Below, piece after piece: positions 1 through 9,416 of a stretch of DNA of 64,000 nt; position 1 is the first letter of the stretch; each line of letters opens with the position of its first letter. Source of the stretch: an uncultured Parabacteroides sp. (GTDB lineage Bacteria > Bacteroidota > Bacteroidia > Bacteroidales > Tannerellaceae); the NCBI GenBank assembly GCA_949296075.1, contig CASFNG010000003.1:113419-177418 (forward strand), read 5' to 3'. The translations under genes and the position numbers were made by a program. Below the pieces are notes generated by a model. It was not told the DNA's origin and made no database searches. It saw nothing but the letters and a program-made list of their open reading frames with translations.

Positions 1-25
1 AATTACTACCATATATAGTTATCGT

Positions 26-2581
26 ATGAAGAATTATTCGAAAAGATTGATAGACGTGATTGAGTATAGCCGTGAGGAAGCGGTACGCCTCCAAAACAGT
101 TATGTCGGTCCGGAGCACCTGATGCTGGGCATCATCCGGGAAGGCGAGGGCGAGGCGATACGCATATTACGCGAGCTGAATACCGATCCGAACGATATCA
201 AACGCGAGATTGAAGCAGAAATAAAGAACACATTCGAGGCGGACGACTCACACCTTCACGAGATAGCGGTCAGCAAGACGACCGAGCGCGTCCTGCGCAT
301 GAGCATGTTGGAATCCAGGCTGTTCAAGAAAGACGAGACGGATACGGAGCATCTCTTGTTAGCCTTGCTGAAGGAGGAGTCCAACGTGGCGGCGAAAGTG
401 CTGCGCGATGCGGGTGTCACCTATCGTGCGGCCTATAACATCCTGGTCAGCGGGACCGGACTGGAAAAAGAGGAAGAGGTAGAGGAGGTCAGCGATGGCT
501 ACACGGACGATGATGAGGACGACGACGATGGATTCTCCTCTCGTAAGGAATCCTCCTCTCGCCCCTCTTCCGGAGCGGGAGCCTCGCAACCGAAATCGCC
601 GAATGACACGCCTGTCCTGGACAATTTCGGTACCGACATGACCCGGGCCGCCGCGGAAAACCGGCTGGATCCGATCGTGGGACGGGAAAAAGAGATCGAG
701 CGGCTGGCCCAAATCTTGAGCCGACGCAAGAAAAACAACCCGGTATTGATAGGAGAGCCGGGCGTCGGCAAATCCGCCATCGTGGAGGGCTTGGCCTTGC
801 GTATCATCCAGCGTAAGGTATCCCGTATCTTGTTCGACAAGCGGGTGATCAGCCTCGACATGGCCTCGATCGTGGCAGGGACGAAATATCGCGGGCAGTT
901 CGAGGAGCGTATCAAGGCGATCTTGAACGAACTCTCGAAGAACCCGAATATCATCCTGTTTATCGATGAGATCCATACCATCGTGGGGGCCGGTTCGGCA
1001 TCGGGATCGATGGACGCGGCGAATATGTTAAAGCCCGCCCTGGCTCGCGGGGAGATCCAATGTATTGGAGCTACCACCCTGGACGAGTACAGGAAGAACA
1101 TCGAGAAAGACGGCGCTTTGGAACGTCGTTTCCAGAAAGTGATCGTCGATCCGACAACCGCGGAGGAGACCTTGCAGATCCTGCGGAACATCAAGCCCCG
1201 CTATGAGGAGCATCATAACGTGATCTATACGGAAGATGCCTTGAAAGCGTGCGTAAAACTGACCGAGCGATACATCAGCGACCGCAATTTCCCCGACAAG
1301 GCGATAGATGCCTTGGACGAGGCGGGATCGCGTGTGCATATATCGAATATCATCGTTCCCAAGAGTATAGAGGAACTGGAAGGGAAGATAGAGGAAACAA
1401 AGAACGAGAAGCTGGCGGCCGTGAAGTCGCAGAACTTCGAGCTGGCGGCAAGTTTCCGCGACAAGGAGCGGCAATACTTGTTGCAACTGGAGGCGGCGAA
1501 GGCCAAATGGGAACAAGAACTGCAAGAACATCGGGAGACCGTGGACGAGGATAAGGTAGCCGAGGTGGTCGCCATGATGTCGGGGGTTCCCGTACAACGC
1601 ATAGCGAAAGCGGAGAACCTCAAGCTGCTCGAGATGGCGGATGTGCTGAAGAGTAAGGTTGTCGGGCAGGATGACGCGGTACAGAAGATCGTGAAGGCGA
1701 TCCAGCGTAACCGGGTCGGCCTGAAGGATCCCAACAAACCGATCGGTACGTTCATGTTCTTAGGGCCTACCGGAGTCGGAAAGACGCATCTCGCCAAGAA
1801 GTTGGCGGAATATCTTTTCGATTCTCCCGACGCGTTGGTACGTATCGACATGAGCGAATATCTGGAGAAATTCGCCGTCTCCCGGTTGATCGGGGCGCCT
1901 CCCGGATACGTTGGTTACGAGGAGGGCGGACAACTGACGGAGAAGGTGCGTCGTAAGCCTTATTCCGTGGTCTTGCTGGATGAGATCGAGAAGGCGCATC
2001 CGGACGTATTCAACCTGCTTTTGCAGGTGCTCGACGAAGGTCGCCTGACCGATAGCTTGGGCCGGCGTATCGACTTCAAGAACACGATCTTGATCATGAC
2101 CTCGAATATCGGTACCCGCCAGCTAAAGGATTTCGGGCGTGGTGTGGGCTTCAACACGAGGTTGGAGGGTGAGCCGGATAAGGATTTCTCGCGAAGCGTG
2201 ATCCAGAAAGCGTTGAACAAGGCGTTCGCCCCTGAGTTCCTGAACCGGGTGGATGATATTATCATGTTCGACCAATTGGACAAGACCGCTATCCATAAGA
2301 TCATCGATATTGAGCTGAAGGGGCTTTACCAACGTGTGTCCAATTTGGGTTACGAGCTCTCGATCACCGACGAGGCGAAAGATTTCGTCGCGACGAAGGG
2401 ATACGATATTCAATTCGGCGCCCGCCCGTTGAAGCGAGCTATCCAGAAATATCTGGAAGATGAGATGGCCGAGATGATTATCCGGGCATCCGTAGGCGAA
2501 GGAGACACGATCGTGGTTGATTTCGATAAGGCAGAGCAGAAAATCGTGACCTCCGTGCGGAAGAAACAAGAGGCGGAATAA
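26..2581 (+). CDS. clpC: ATP-dependent Clp protease ATP-binding subunit ClpC
   Basis: 851 aa; Clp-N repeats, two AAA+ modules (GEPGVGKS, GPTGVGKT), UVR middle domain, GARPLKR motif. Confidence 0.96.
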   Translation: MKNYSKRLIDVIEYSREEAVRLQNSYVGPEHLMLGIIREGEGEAIRILRELNTDPNDIKREIEAEIKNTFEADDSHLHEIAVSKTTERVLRMSMLESRLFKKDETDTEHLLLALLKEESNVAAKVLRDAGVTYRAAYNILVSGTGLEKEEEVEEVSDGYTDDDEDDDDGFSSRKESSSRPSSGAGASQPKSPNDTPVLDNFGTDMTRAAAENRLDPIVGREKEIERLAQILSRRKKNNPVLIGEPGVGKSAIVEGLALRIIQRKVSRILFDKRVISLDMASIVAGTKYRGQFEERIKAILNELSKNPNIILFIDEIHTIVGAGSASGSMDAANMLKPALARGEIQCIGATTLDEYRKNIEKDGALERRFQKVIVDPTTAEETLQILRNIKPRYEEHHNVIYTEDALKACVKLTERYISDRNFPDKAIDALDEAGSRVHISNIIVPKSIEELEGKIEETKNEKLAAVKSQNFELAASFRDKERQYLLQLEAAKAKWEQELQEHRETVDEDKVAEVVAMMSGVPVQRIAKAENLKLLEMADVLKSKVVGQDDAVQKIVKAIQRNRVGLKDPNKPIGTFMFLGPTGVGKTHLAKKLAEYLFDSPDALVRIDMSEYLEKFAVSRLIGAPPGYVGYEEGGQLTEKVRRKPYSVVLLDEIEKAHPDVFNLLLQVLDEGRLTDSLGRRIDFKNTILIMTSNIGTRQLKDFGRGVGFNTRLEGEPDKDFSRSVIQKALNKAFAPEFLNRVDDIIMFDQLDKTAIHKIIDIELKGLYQRVSNLGYELSITDEAKDFVATKGYDIQFGARPLKRAIQKYLEDEMAEMIIRASVGEGDTIVVDFDKAEQKIVTSVRKKQEAE

Positions 2582-2595
2582 GTCGCCCTACGTAT

Positions 2596-2631
2596 AAAAA
2601 ACGGGATCCTCAAAGAAGATCCCGTTTTTTT
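2596..2631. terminator. Bidirectional intrinsic terminator between clpC and the BGC
   Basis: AAAAAACGGGATC-ctcaaagaa-GATCCCGTTTTTTT between convergent genes. Confidence 0.9.
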
Positions 2632-2727
2632 ATGTCCTTGAATAAGAAAACTCCGCCAACTATTCATGAAAACTCGGCTTGATATGCCAAAATGTCCGGG
2701 AAGAAATCATAGAAACAACAGCAGGGT

Positions 2728-4050
2728 TTATCGGTAGGCTTTCCGGTCAATCTTGCCATTATAAGTGCGGCATATACGTTCCACCTCCTCGTAGATCAGG
2801 GGAACCTTATAGGTTTCCAAGCGGGAGCGGATGTGTCGGGCCATACGCCTCTTGTCGAGCGTCGTTCCTTCGGTGGGGACGACCAGCAACTTCAAGACGG
2901 ATCCCATGATCGGATGCGAGGCGGATACGCAGACACAATCGACCACCTCGGGCATGGTCATGGCCACCTCCTCTATCTCAGACGGGGCGACCTTGAATCC
3001 ACCGACATTGATCACGTCGTCCACCCGGCCTACCAAGTGGAGCCTTCCCTCCTCGTCTATCCTCCCGTAGTCATGCGTGAACACGACCCCGCCGCGCAAG
3101 ATGGACGCGGTCGCCTCGGGTTCCCCGATATAACCCGTCATCACGGTCGATCCTGAGCAAGCGACCGTCCCTTCATCGGTAATGCGTACCCGCGAATGAC
3201 GCATCGGCTTGCCAAGGCATCCCGATACACAATAACCGGCGTTGAAGTCATGCGTGCATACGATCCCTGTCTCCGTAGACGCGTAGGTGTTGTAGAGCCG
3301 TGTCTTCGGCAAGAGCTCGCAAAGCCGTTCCATATCCATCTGCGAGATCGGGGCGGCGCCGGTCTCTATGAAGTCGATCACGCCAGCATATTTCCGGAGC
3401 TTTTCTCCATCCAAAGCCAAGATCATCCGGATGCTTGCCGGGACAAGGAAGGTAGCGAACCTTCCTCCGGGTTGCTCCAAGGCAGAGAAAAAGGCATTCA
3501 TGTCCTTCAGTCCCTCTAAGATCCGGAGCGTTCCTCCCGTCAGCACAACCGGATATACCTTAGACAAGCTGCCGATATGGTTCAAAGGACCACAAATGAT
3601 AAAAGTAAGCGAGGAGGTAAACCCCTGCGCGTCGATCAGGTTCTCCGCGTTGGCGAGGATAGCCTCATGGCCGATCATCACGCCTTTGCTTTTGCCGGTC
3701 GTCCCGGTCGTGAAAAGGATGTCGGCTGTCCCGACGGGGATAGCCGCGTTTGAGAGAGACTCCCCTATCTCCCGGAAACGCTCCTCCGGGATACTGTTCT
3801 CAAGGGGAACCGCTACTCCTTTCGCTCTATGGATCGCGAAATAGGTCACCAAGTAATCTATGGTTTGCGAAGCCCGTATCACCATTGCCTTACCCGGTCT
3901 GAGCCCTTGCCTTAGCAACATTTCCGCCCGGGCGCTCACCCAATTCCAAAGCGTCGAGTAGGAAACCTTCTCCTCCCCTTGAATGATCGCGACCTTGTCC
4001 GGATATAACCGGGCATTCCGTTCAAGATAGTCCTCCAGCGTCCGCATCAT
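2728..4050 (-). CDS. AMP-binding acyl-CoA/acyl-ACP ligase
   Basis: Adenylation motifs FTTGTTGKSKG, YASTETG, HDYG, GRVDD and C-terminal NGKIDRK. Confidence 0.88.
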   Translation of the reverse strand: MMRTLEDYLERNARLYPDKVAIIQGEEKVSYSTLWNWVSARAEMLLRQGLRPGKAMVIRASQTIDYLVTYFAIHRAKGVAVPLENSIPEERFREIGESLSNAAIPVGTADILFTTGTTGKSKGVMIGHEAILANAENLIDAQGFTSSLTFIICGPLNHIGSLSKVYPVVLTGGTLRILEGLKDMNAFFSALEQPGGRFATFLVPASIRMILALDGEKLRKYAGVIDFIETGAAPISQMDMERLCELLPKTRLYNTYASTETGIVCTHDFNAGYCVSGCLGKPMRHSRVRITDEGTVACSGSTVMTGYIGEPEATASILRGGVVFTHDYGRIDEEGRLHLVGRVDDVINVGGFKVAPSEIEEVAMTMPEVVDCVCVSASHPIMGSVLKLLVVPTEGTTLDKRRMARHIRSRLETYKVPLIYEEVERICRTYNGKIDRKAYR

Positions 4051-4279
4051 CCGTGTCTTTTTCCGCTAATTTCATCTCGACTAATCGCACCAGATTATCC
4101 AAGCTCCTCAGGTTTTTGGGGGTCATGTCCGAATGATCGAGCGAGATGTGATACCTCTCAGACAGGATCATCAGGATCGTCGTGATACCCAATGAGTCCA
4201 GCTCCGAGAACAGAAAGGCGGAATCGAAATCCACCAAGGGCAATGCCTCCTCAAGCAATGATTTTATTTCTTCTTTCAT
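4022..4279 (-). CDS. Acyl carrier protein (ACP3)
   Basis: 85 aa, acidic, ELDSLG phosphopantetheine site; overlaps the ligase start. Confidence 0.8.
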   Translation of the reverse strand: MKEEIKSLLEEALPLVDFDSAFLFSELDSLGITTILMILSERYHISLDHSDMTPKNLRSLDNLVRLVEMKLAEKDTDDADAGGLS

Positions 4280-5286
4280 ACGAATAAGATATTTTCAGGT
4301 AAATGACTGTATTTGTCGTATAATCTTCGTAAGGGAGAGGACTGGGGCAACCGGATCTCTTTTTCCGGATGGACAAGGGCATCAATCAATCCTTGGATGT
4401 GCCATTGATCCCCGATTTTTCCGTCAAGCACCCCGACCGCCTCTTTCCTCAGTCCGATCGAGGCGTAGAGTTCCACGACCAAATGGCGAAAATAATCCGG
4501 GGTTTCCACCTCATAACGGATCTCCTCGAAATGACGTTCGTAATATGTGTGCAATCGCTTGCAACGCTCTACATAACCTACGCCAAAAGAGGTGTCGGTT
4601 GGGGAGATCCTTTTTTGGATCTCTATGTGGAAACCGCCGCGGTTCGCCCATGCGCATCCGACGGGTTGCACGTGTGCCGCGCCATGAATGAACACGGGTA
4701 ATATATCCGCCTGCAACCTCTCTGCCAAATAGAAGGCTCCTTTATGGAAACGTTGGATATTTCCTTCGGGAGATCGCCTTCCTTCCGGGAATATGACGAT
4801 GGAATAGCCTTTGTCGATGAACGACTTGCAATAATCGACCCGGCCCTCCCATCCCGTGTCGGAGACGGAAAAAAAATCTGCGTAGCGCAAGACTGCCGCC
4901 ACAAACGGATTGTTCCATACCTTGTCGTGAGTGACGATAAGTATCTTGGGCGACAGGATCAACAGGCACAAGGTATCTAACAGCGATTGATGGTTGCAGA
5001 TCAGGATAGAGCCCCGCTCGAATGTCTCGCCATAAGGGTTACGTATGTCGGCATATAGCCAAGGATGGTATTTAACGTCAAAGTTGAAGTATCTCCACAT
5101 GGTTTCATGGAAACGCTTTCTCTTCTCGTCTGTCTTTTTCCCTAAGGTAAACCAGAAGAATCCCCGTAGGCTTCCATATACCAATTGAGCGATATAGACG
5201 GTGGCGGATAGCGTCATGGCCGCTATTCGTTCAAAGGTCAGTGGCAAGTCTATGTAGGGATTCGGCCGTTTCATCTCCTCATGCAA
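4276..5286 (-). CDS. PlsC-type lysophospholipid acyltransferase
   Basis: NHQSLLD (HX4D), FPEGRRS and RFHKGAF motifs. Confidence 0.88.
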   Translation of the reverse strand: MHEEMKRPNPYIDLPLTFERIAAMTLSATVYIAQLVYGSLRGFFWFTLGKKTDEKRKRFHETMWRYFNFDVKYHPWLYADIRNPYGETFERGSILICNHQSLLDTLCLLILSPKILIVTHDKVWNNPFVAAVLRYADFFSVSDTGWEGRVDYCKSFIDKGYSIVIFPEGRRSPEGNIQRFHKGAFYLAERLQADILPVFIHGAAHVQPVGCAWANRGGFHIEIQKRISPTDTSFGVGYVERCKRLHTYYERHFEEIRYEVETPDYFRHLVVELYASIGLRKEAVGVLDGKIGDQWHIQGLIDALVHPEKEIRLPQSSPLRRLYDKYSHLPENILFV

Positions 5287-6410
5287 TCAATCGGGTTCGA
5301 ATAAATGCTAATCAGGATGTCAGACAGCGTGTCCAAGTCGCAGCTATCCTCATAAAACCTCAGTCCTGACAGATGCTCCCTAAAGGCCTCTTTCTGCTCT
5401 TCCGTATAGAGATCGACGAACTCGCTCTTCCCATATCGCATATCATGGGCGATGTAATTGTTGGGAGCCAGACGGTAAGCGTCATGGATACGCTGGTCTA
5501 TCAGCCTCGCCACCGCACGGTTGAAATCACCCAACGTATAGGAATCGAAAGCCGCGAGCTCAGATCGCTTCAAGGGTTCGCAGAACTCTAAATGCACCTT
5601 CCCCTTAGGCTGCGTAAAGCCCGTGAGGATGCTGTTGACATCTTCCCCGGGTTTCTTGATATAGCGCCCTGTCTGGTGCTTCTCGTACAGCTCTAAGGCT
5701 TTCAGCAGGTCGCACGGTTCCCATTCATAGCTGATGGAAACCGGTACGACATGAAGCTCGTCTATCGATCGGATCTTATCGTCCTTACGACTCATCCCCA
5801 GCATCTTGACAACCCCTTGGTCGGTCTGGTCGATACCGTCCTTGGTCCGTCCGTTTCGCTGGGCGATCCATACCGATTGACGCTTGTCTCGGAGAGTACG
5901 ACGTATGTATTCGCTCAAATGGGCTGACACTTGATAGAATCGCCTCATGTCGTTGCCCGGACGCTCCACCTTGAACATCTTGTTCGATTTGCCGATGTCG
6001 ATAATCAGTTGGCTTTGCATGAGATTCGCCCCAAAGGTGATCTCGCTCGTATCGTGTCCCTCCTTGAACAATACATACTGCATCAGGCTGGGATCGAGCA
6101 CGATGTCCCGGTGATTCCCGATGAAGAGGTATTTACGGTCGGGCGACAAGCGATCCAGTCCGCTATACGTAAATCCGGTCATGGTCCGCTTGATTACCTG
6201 GACGTTCATGTAGAACATGACGCTTGACTGGAACTCATATATCGTGCGTATGGAGTTGATCTTATTCCTTACGGTAGCCAAATCCATCTCCGGGAAGACA
6301 TAAGAAGCCAATAAAGGGAAAGAGGCGCTGTCGGTGATACGTCGCATGGCGGCAGGAATCTCCTCGTCCCGATAAGGCCGGATGTCGTCAAATTTATCTT
6401 CTGCTATCAT
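5271..6410 (-). CDS. Glycerol-phosphate acyltransferase family protein
   Basis: FDDIRPY N-terminus, NHRDIVLD, WIAQRNGRTKDG. Confidence 0.85.
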   Translation of the reverse strand: MIAEDKFDDIRPYRDEEIPAAMRRITDSASFPLLASYVFPEMDLATVRNKINSIRTIYEFQSSVMFYMNVQVIKRTMTGFTYSGLDRLSPDRKYLFIGNHRDIVLDPSLMQYVLFKEGHDTSEITFGANLMQSQLIIDIGKSNKMFKVERPGNDMRRFYQVSAHLSEYIRRTLRDKRQSVWIAQRNGRTKDGIDQTDQGVVKMLGMSRKDDKIRSIDELHVVPVSISYEWEPCDLLKALELYEKHQTGRYIKKPGEDVNSILTGFTQPKGKVHLEFCEPLKRSELAAFDSYTLGDFNRAVARLIDQRIHDAYRLAPNNYIAHDMRYGKSEFVDLYTEEQKEAFREHLSGLRFYEDSCDLDTLSDILISIYSNPIDCMRR

Positions 6411-7923
6411 AAACCTCGTTGATTTTACGGACTATATTTCCATTACCCACGATGCATTCGGCTGTCTCTATTGCCGTGAGCGGAACGCCGCAAATGCCGT
6501 GTAAGTTAATATTCTGCCCTGTCAGGAGCAAATTACGGACCTTGGTCGCGATCGGGAGCTGGGATAAGGCCATGTTCTTGCAATCACGGTTATATCCATA
6601 CAAGGCTCCCTCCTTCGTCCCGTAGAAATCCCGGATCGTGAGGGGCGACGAGGCGAAGCAAAACTCGATGTCATCCCGGATGCCGGGGCGTACGATCTCC
6701 AATTTGTCCAAGACACGCCGTAAGGTCCTCTCCTTCCAGTCCTCGTATTCAGCCGTCCGATGCCCGTAAGTAGTGTCAGCCCAACGAGCCACTGCGCTAA
6801 AAGGCATCGGGCAGTTCACTGTCATGCGATCCGCCCATCTCCTCTGCCGCTCGGCCGGAGGGGTAAGAAACATGAACCCGCGGGGGAACGTCTCTTCCTC
6901 GTACTCAGCCAGCCGCCAAACGTCCCCGTGCTTTTCCTGAAAATAACAGGGATGATTCGCGAAAGGTTGACGAGCGTTTTCCTTAAACTTGATATATACC
7001 GAGAAAGAGGAATAAGAATTGGGAATCTCCCGCAAACGAGCGCGGTAGGACTTCAGGAAGGCCTTCTCAGGCACGAGTTCAAGCAATGCGCACGGATGGA
7101 TGTCCGATATGTACAGATCACCGCTATACGTTTTTCCGTTTCTTGTGGTGACCGAGCGTACCAGATGATCCTCCACCGTCACGCGTTCCACGGCGTCTCC
7201 CGTGTGGATCGCCCCTCCTGCCGAGACGATGATCTCCTCCAATGCGTCAGCCATCTGCTGGCTGCCATCGATGAACATACTGGAACCATTTATATAGAGC
7301 ACGTTGATCAGCGCATGCACGAAAGCGGGAGTATGTCCAGCCACGCCGCCATACATCGGATTCATGTAGGCCAATAACTCCGCCAGATCCGGGCTCGTGA
7401 TATATCGGGCGATAAACTCGTCGGCTGGCATGAGGAACTCCTCGGAATGCTCGCGCAGCATACTTCCCTTATCCACTCGCAGGTAAAACAGATCCACCTC
7501 CTCGCTCAACGCCCATAAAGCGTCCATATACCGGTGAAGCCCATCCGTCTGGTCGGGGAAACGCCCGGCGAGATAACGCTCGAAAGCCTCTTTCCCCCGA
7601 GGCAAGGAATAGGTCTCGCCCTCCTTGCCGAACGTGATGGAATCGATGCAGTCAGCATCGGTATGCCGGATACGGAGCTTGTCCATTATTCCCAAATAAA
7701 CGCAAATCTTGTGCAGGTTGTTCCCCGGCATGAAGCCTCCGAGGATATGCATCCCCGTCTCGAATATGGCACCTTTCCGCCGGAAACATTGCAATCCTCC
7801 CCCCGCTATCCGGTTTTTCTCCAATACGGTCACCTTATATCCCTCCTTGGCGAGGAAAGCGCCGGTCATCAGTCCGCCCAGCCCTCCACCGATCATGACA
7901 ATATTTTTCCCGCTATCACTCAT
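6394..7923 (-). CDS. Phytoene desaturase/retinol saturase-like FAD oxidoreductase 2
   Basis: GGGLGG Rossmann motif, FETGMH, TGQNINLHG; start chosen at the ATGA overlap with the upstream paralog. Confidence 0.85.
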   Translation of the reverse strand: MSDSGKNIVMIGGGLGGLMTGAFLAKEGYKVTVLEKNRIAGGGLQCFRRKGAIFETGMHILGGFMPGNNLHKICVYLGIMDKLRIRHTDADCIDSITFGKEGETYSLPRGKEAFERYLAGRFPDQTDGLHRYMDALWALSEEVDLFYLRVDKGSMLREHSEEFLMPADEFIARYITSPDLAELLAYMNPMYGGVAGHTPAFVHALINVLYINGSSMFIDGSQQMADALEEIIVSAGGAIHTGDAVERVTVEDHLVRSVTTRNGKTYSGDLYISDIHPCALLELVPEKAFLKSYRARLREIPNSYSSFSVYIKFKENARQPFANHPCYFQEKHGDVWRLAEYEEETFPRGFMFLTPPAERQRRWADRMTVNCPMPFSAVARWADTTYGHRTAEYEDWKERTLRRVLDKLEIVRPGIRDDIEFCFASSPLTIRDFYGTKEGALYGYNRDCKNMALSQLPIATKVRNLLLTGQNINLHGICGVPLTAIETAECIVGNGNIVRKINEVYDSRR

Positions 7924-9416
7924 TTGTTGGCCTCCAGTATTTGTTCGTACATATATTTCGAAGTCAAAAGCTCGCCGCAAGTCACCATCGTTCCGACGAT
8001 CACGCCTAGCATCCCATGCGAGTTGATATTTTGCCCGGTCATGAATACGTTCGGGATCCGCGTCTTATGCGGAACCCTCCCCGCGCTACCCAACGAGACG
8101 TCTTTGGCGACCCCGTAGATAGAGCCGCCTTCTGTTCCGGTATAATCCCGGTACGACAAAGGAGTCGAGGTATAAAAATGGGCGATATTGTCCTTGATCC
8201 CGGGGAATTGCTCATCCAATATATCGATCAGGCGCAAAGCCCGTTCTTGGACGAAAGCGTTATAGGAGGCGCCCCGCCGCCCGATTGCCGTATCCAGCCA
8301 AGGTTCAAGTTCTTCTATCCGCATATAGGTGAGAATCACCCCGGTATTGGCGAATACCTGCGAAGGTTCGTTCGCTACGTGCATATACAGATAGCCATGC
8401 GGCCACGAACGCTCGTCATAACATTGGCAATGCCAAGGCGAATCAACGGTATAACCAAAGAAATTATAGTTCATGTAAGGCACCGTATTCTCCTTGAAAT
8501 GCAGATAGACCGAGAAGCTACCGATCGTTTGGGGTATACCATTGATCCTTTTCCTGAATGCCGGACGGATCAAGTGCGTATCGCTCAGCATCTCCATCGT
8601 CCGCATCGGATGGGCGGACGATATGACATAATCCGCTTGGAGGTATTCTTCCCCATTAATCTCCACACCCGTAGCGTGCGTATCGTCGCAAATGATTCTC
8701 GTGACCTTGCTCCGGGTACGTACCTCTCCCCCATATCGGGAGATCACGTCGGCCAAGGCCGTGGCTACCCTGTCGCTACCTCCTATGAAACGAAAAGCGC
8801 TTTGGTTATAAAAGTCCATGATAAACGCATGGACGGAGAACGGGGTCTTGTCTCTCTCGGCGGCATATAGCGGAAGATCCCCCACCAGCACATCCCGTAA
8901 CAAGGGATCCGTAATGACCTGTTCGATTACCTCGTTGATGGATCGTAACTGATACTTGGTATTGATGGCGTTGTCGGTCTCCCCATATTTCAGCGTATGC
9001 AGTGAGGAAGCTGCCGAGACACAGCTGATAATGTCTCGGTATTTCCTGAGATTGTCTTTCTGATCGGGGAAATAGGAGGCCATCTGTTCGATAAACGGCT
9101 CCTTCCCATTTGCGAAATTGAACTGTTGCCCTTGGAGGGAGACCACGTTGTATCGCCATGTATCCAGCCTATATAGGGATAACTTGTCGTCAATCTCAAG
9201 GTAACGGAGCATCTTATTGAGAATCTGCCCTTCGTCAGCGCTACCGATGAAGTGCATACCTGTCTCGAACTTCATGCCGCGACGATAGAAACATTGCAGG
9301 CATCCGCCTATTTGCGTCCCTTGTTCCAGGATAGTCACGTCGTAGCCGTTCTTGGCGAGGACAACCCCGGTGGATAAACCTCCAAGCCCACTTCCTATTA
9401 TGACGACCTTTTTCAT
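7920..9416 (-). CDS. Phytoene desaturase/retinol saturase-like FAD oxidoreductase 1
   Basis: GSGLGG, FETGMH, TGQNINSHG. Confidence 0.87.
   Translation of the reverse strand: MKKVVIIGSGLGGLSTGVVLAKNGYDVTILEQGTQIGGCLQCFYRRGMKFETGMHFIGSADEGQILNKMLRYLEIDDKLSLYRLDTWRYNVVSLQGQQFNFANGKEPFIEQMASYFPDQKDNLRKYRDIISCVSAASSLHTLKYGETDNAINTKYQLRSINEVIEQVITDPLLRDVLVGDLPLYAAERDKTPFSVHAFIMDFYNQSAFRFIGGSDRVATALADVISRYGGEVRTRSKVTRIICDDTHATGVEINGEEYLQADYVISSAHPMRTMEMLSDTHLIRPAFRKRINGIPQTIGSFSVYLHFKENTVPYMNYNFFGYTVDSPWHCQCYDERSWPHGYLYMHVANEPSQVFANTGVILTYMRIEELEPWLDTAIGRRGASYNAFVQERALRLIDILDEQFPGIKDNIAHFYTSTPLSYRDYTGTEGGSIYGVAKDVSLGSAGRVPHKTRIPNVFMTGQNINSHGMLGVIVGTMVTCGELLTSKYMYEQILEANK

Noticed and set aside
460-530. 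GAC/GAT/GAG-rich low-complexity tract
   Set aside because: Encodes the acidic linker of ClpC; not a repeat element.
359-2667. Several long antisense ORFs over clpC, and similar ones over the dipeptidase, amidase, rSAM and tldD genes (e.g. 57098..58087, 58398..59465, 59629..60900)
   Set aside because: Shadow frames of GC3-rich coding genes; no recognisable motifs or independent expression signals.
6394-9416. Carotenoid biosynthesis
   Set aside because: No phytoene synthase, GGPP synthase or cyclase; the context is FAS/PKS.
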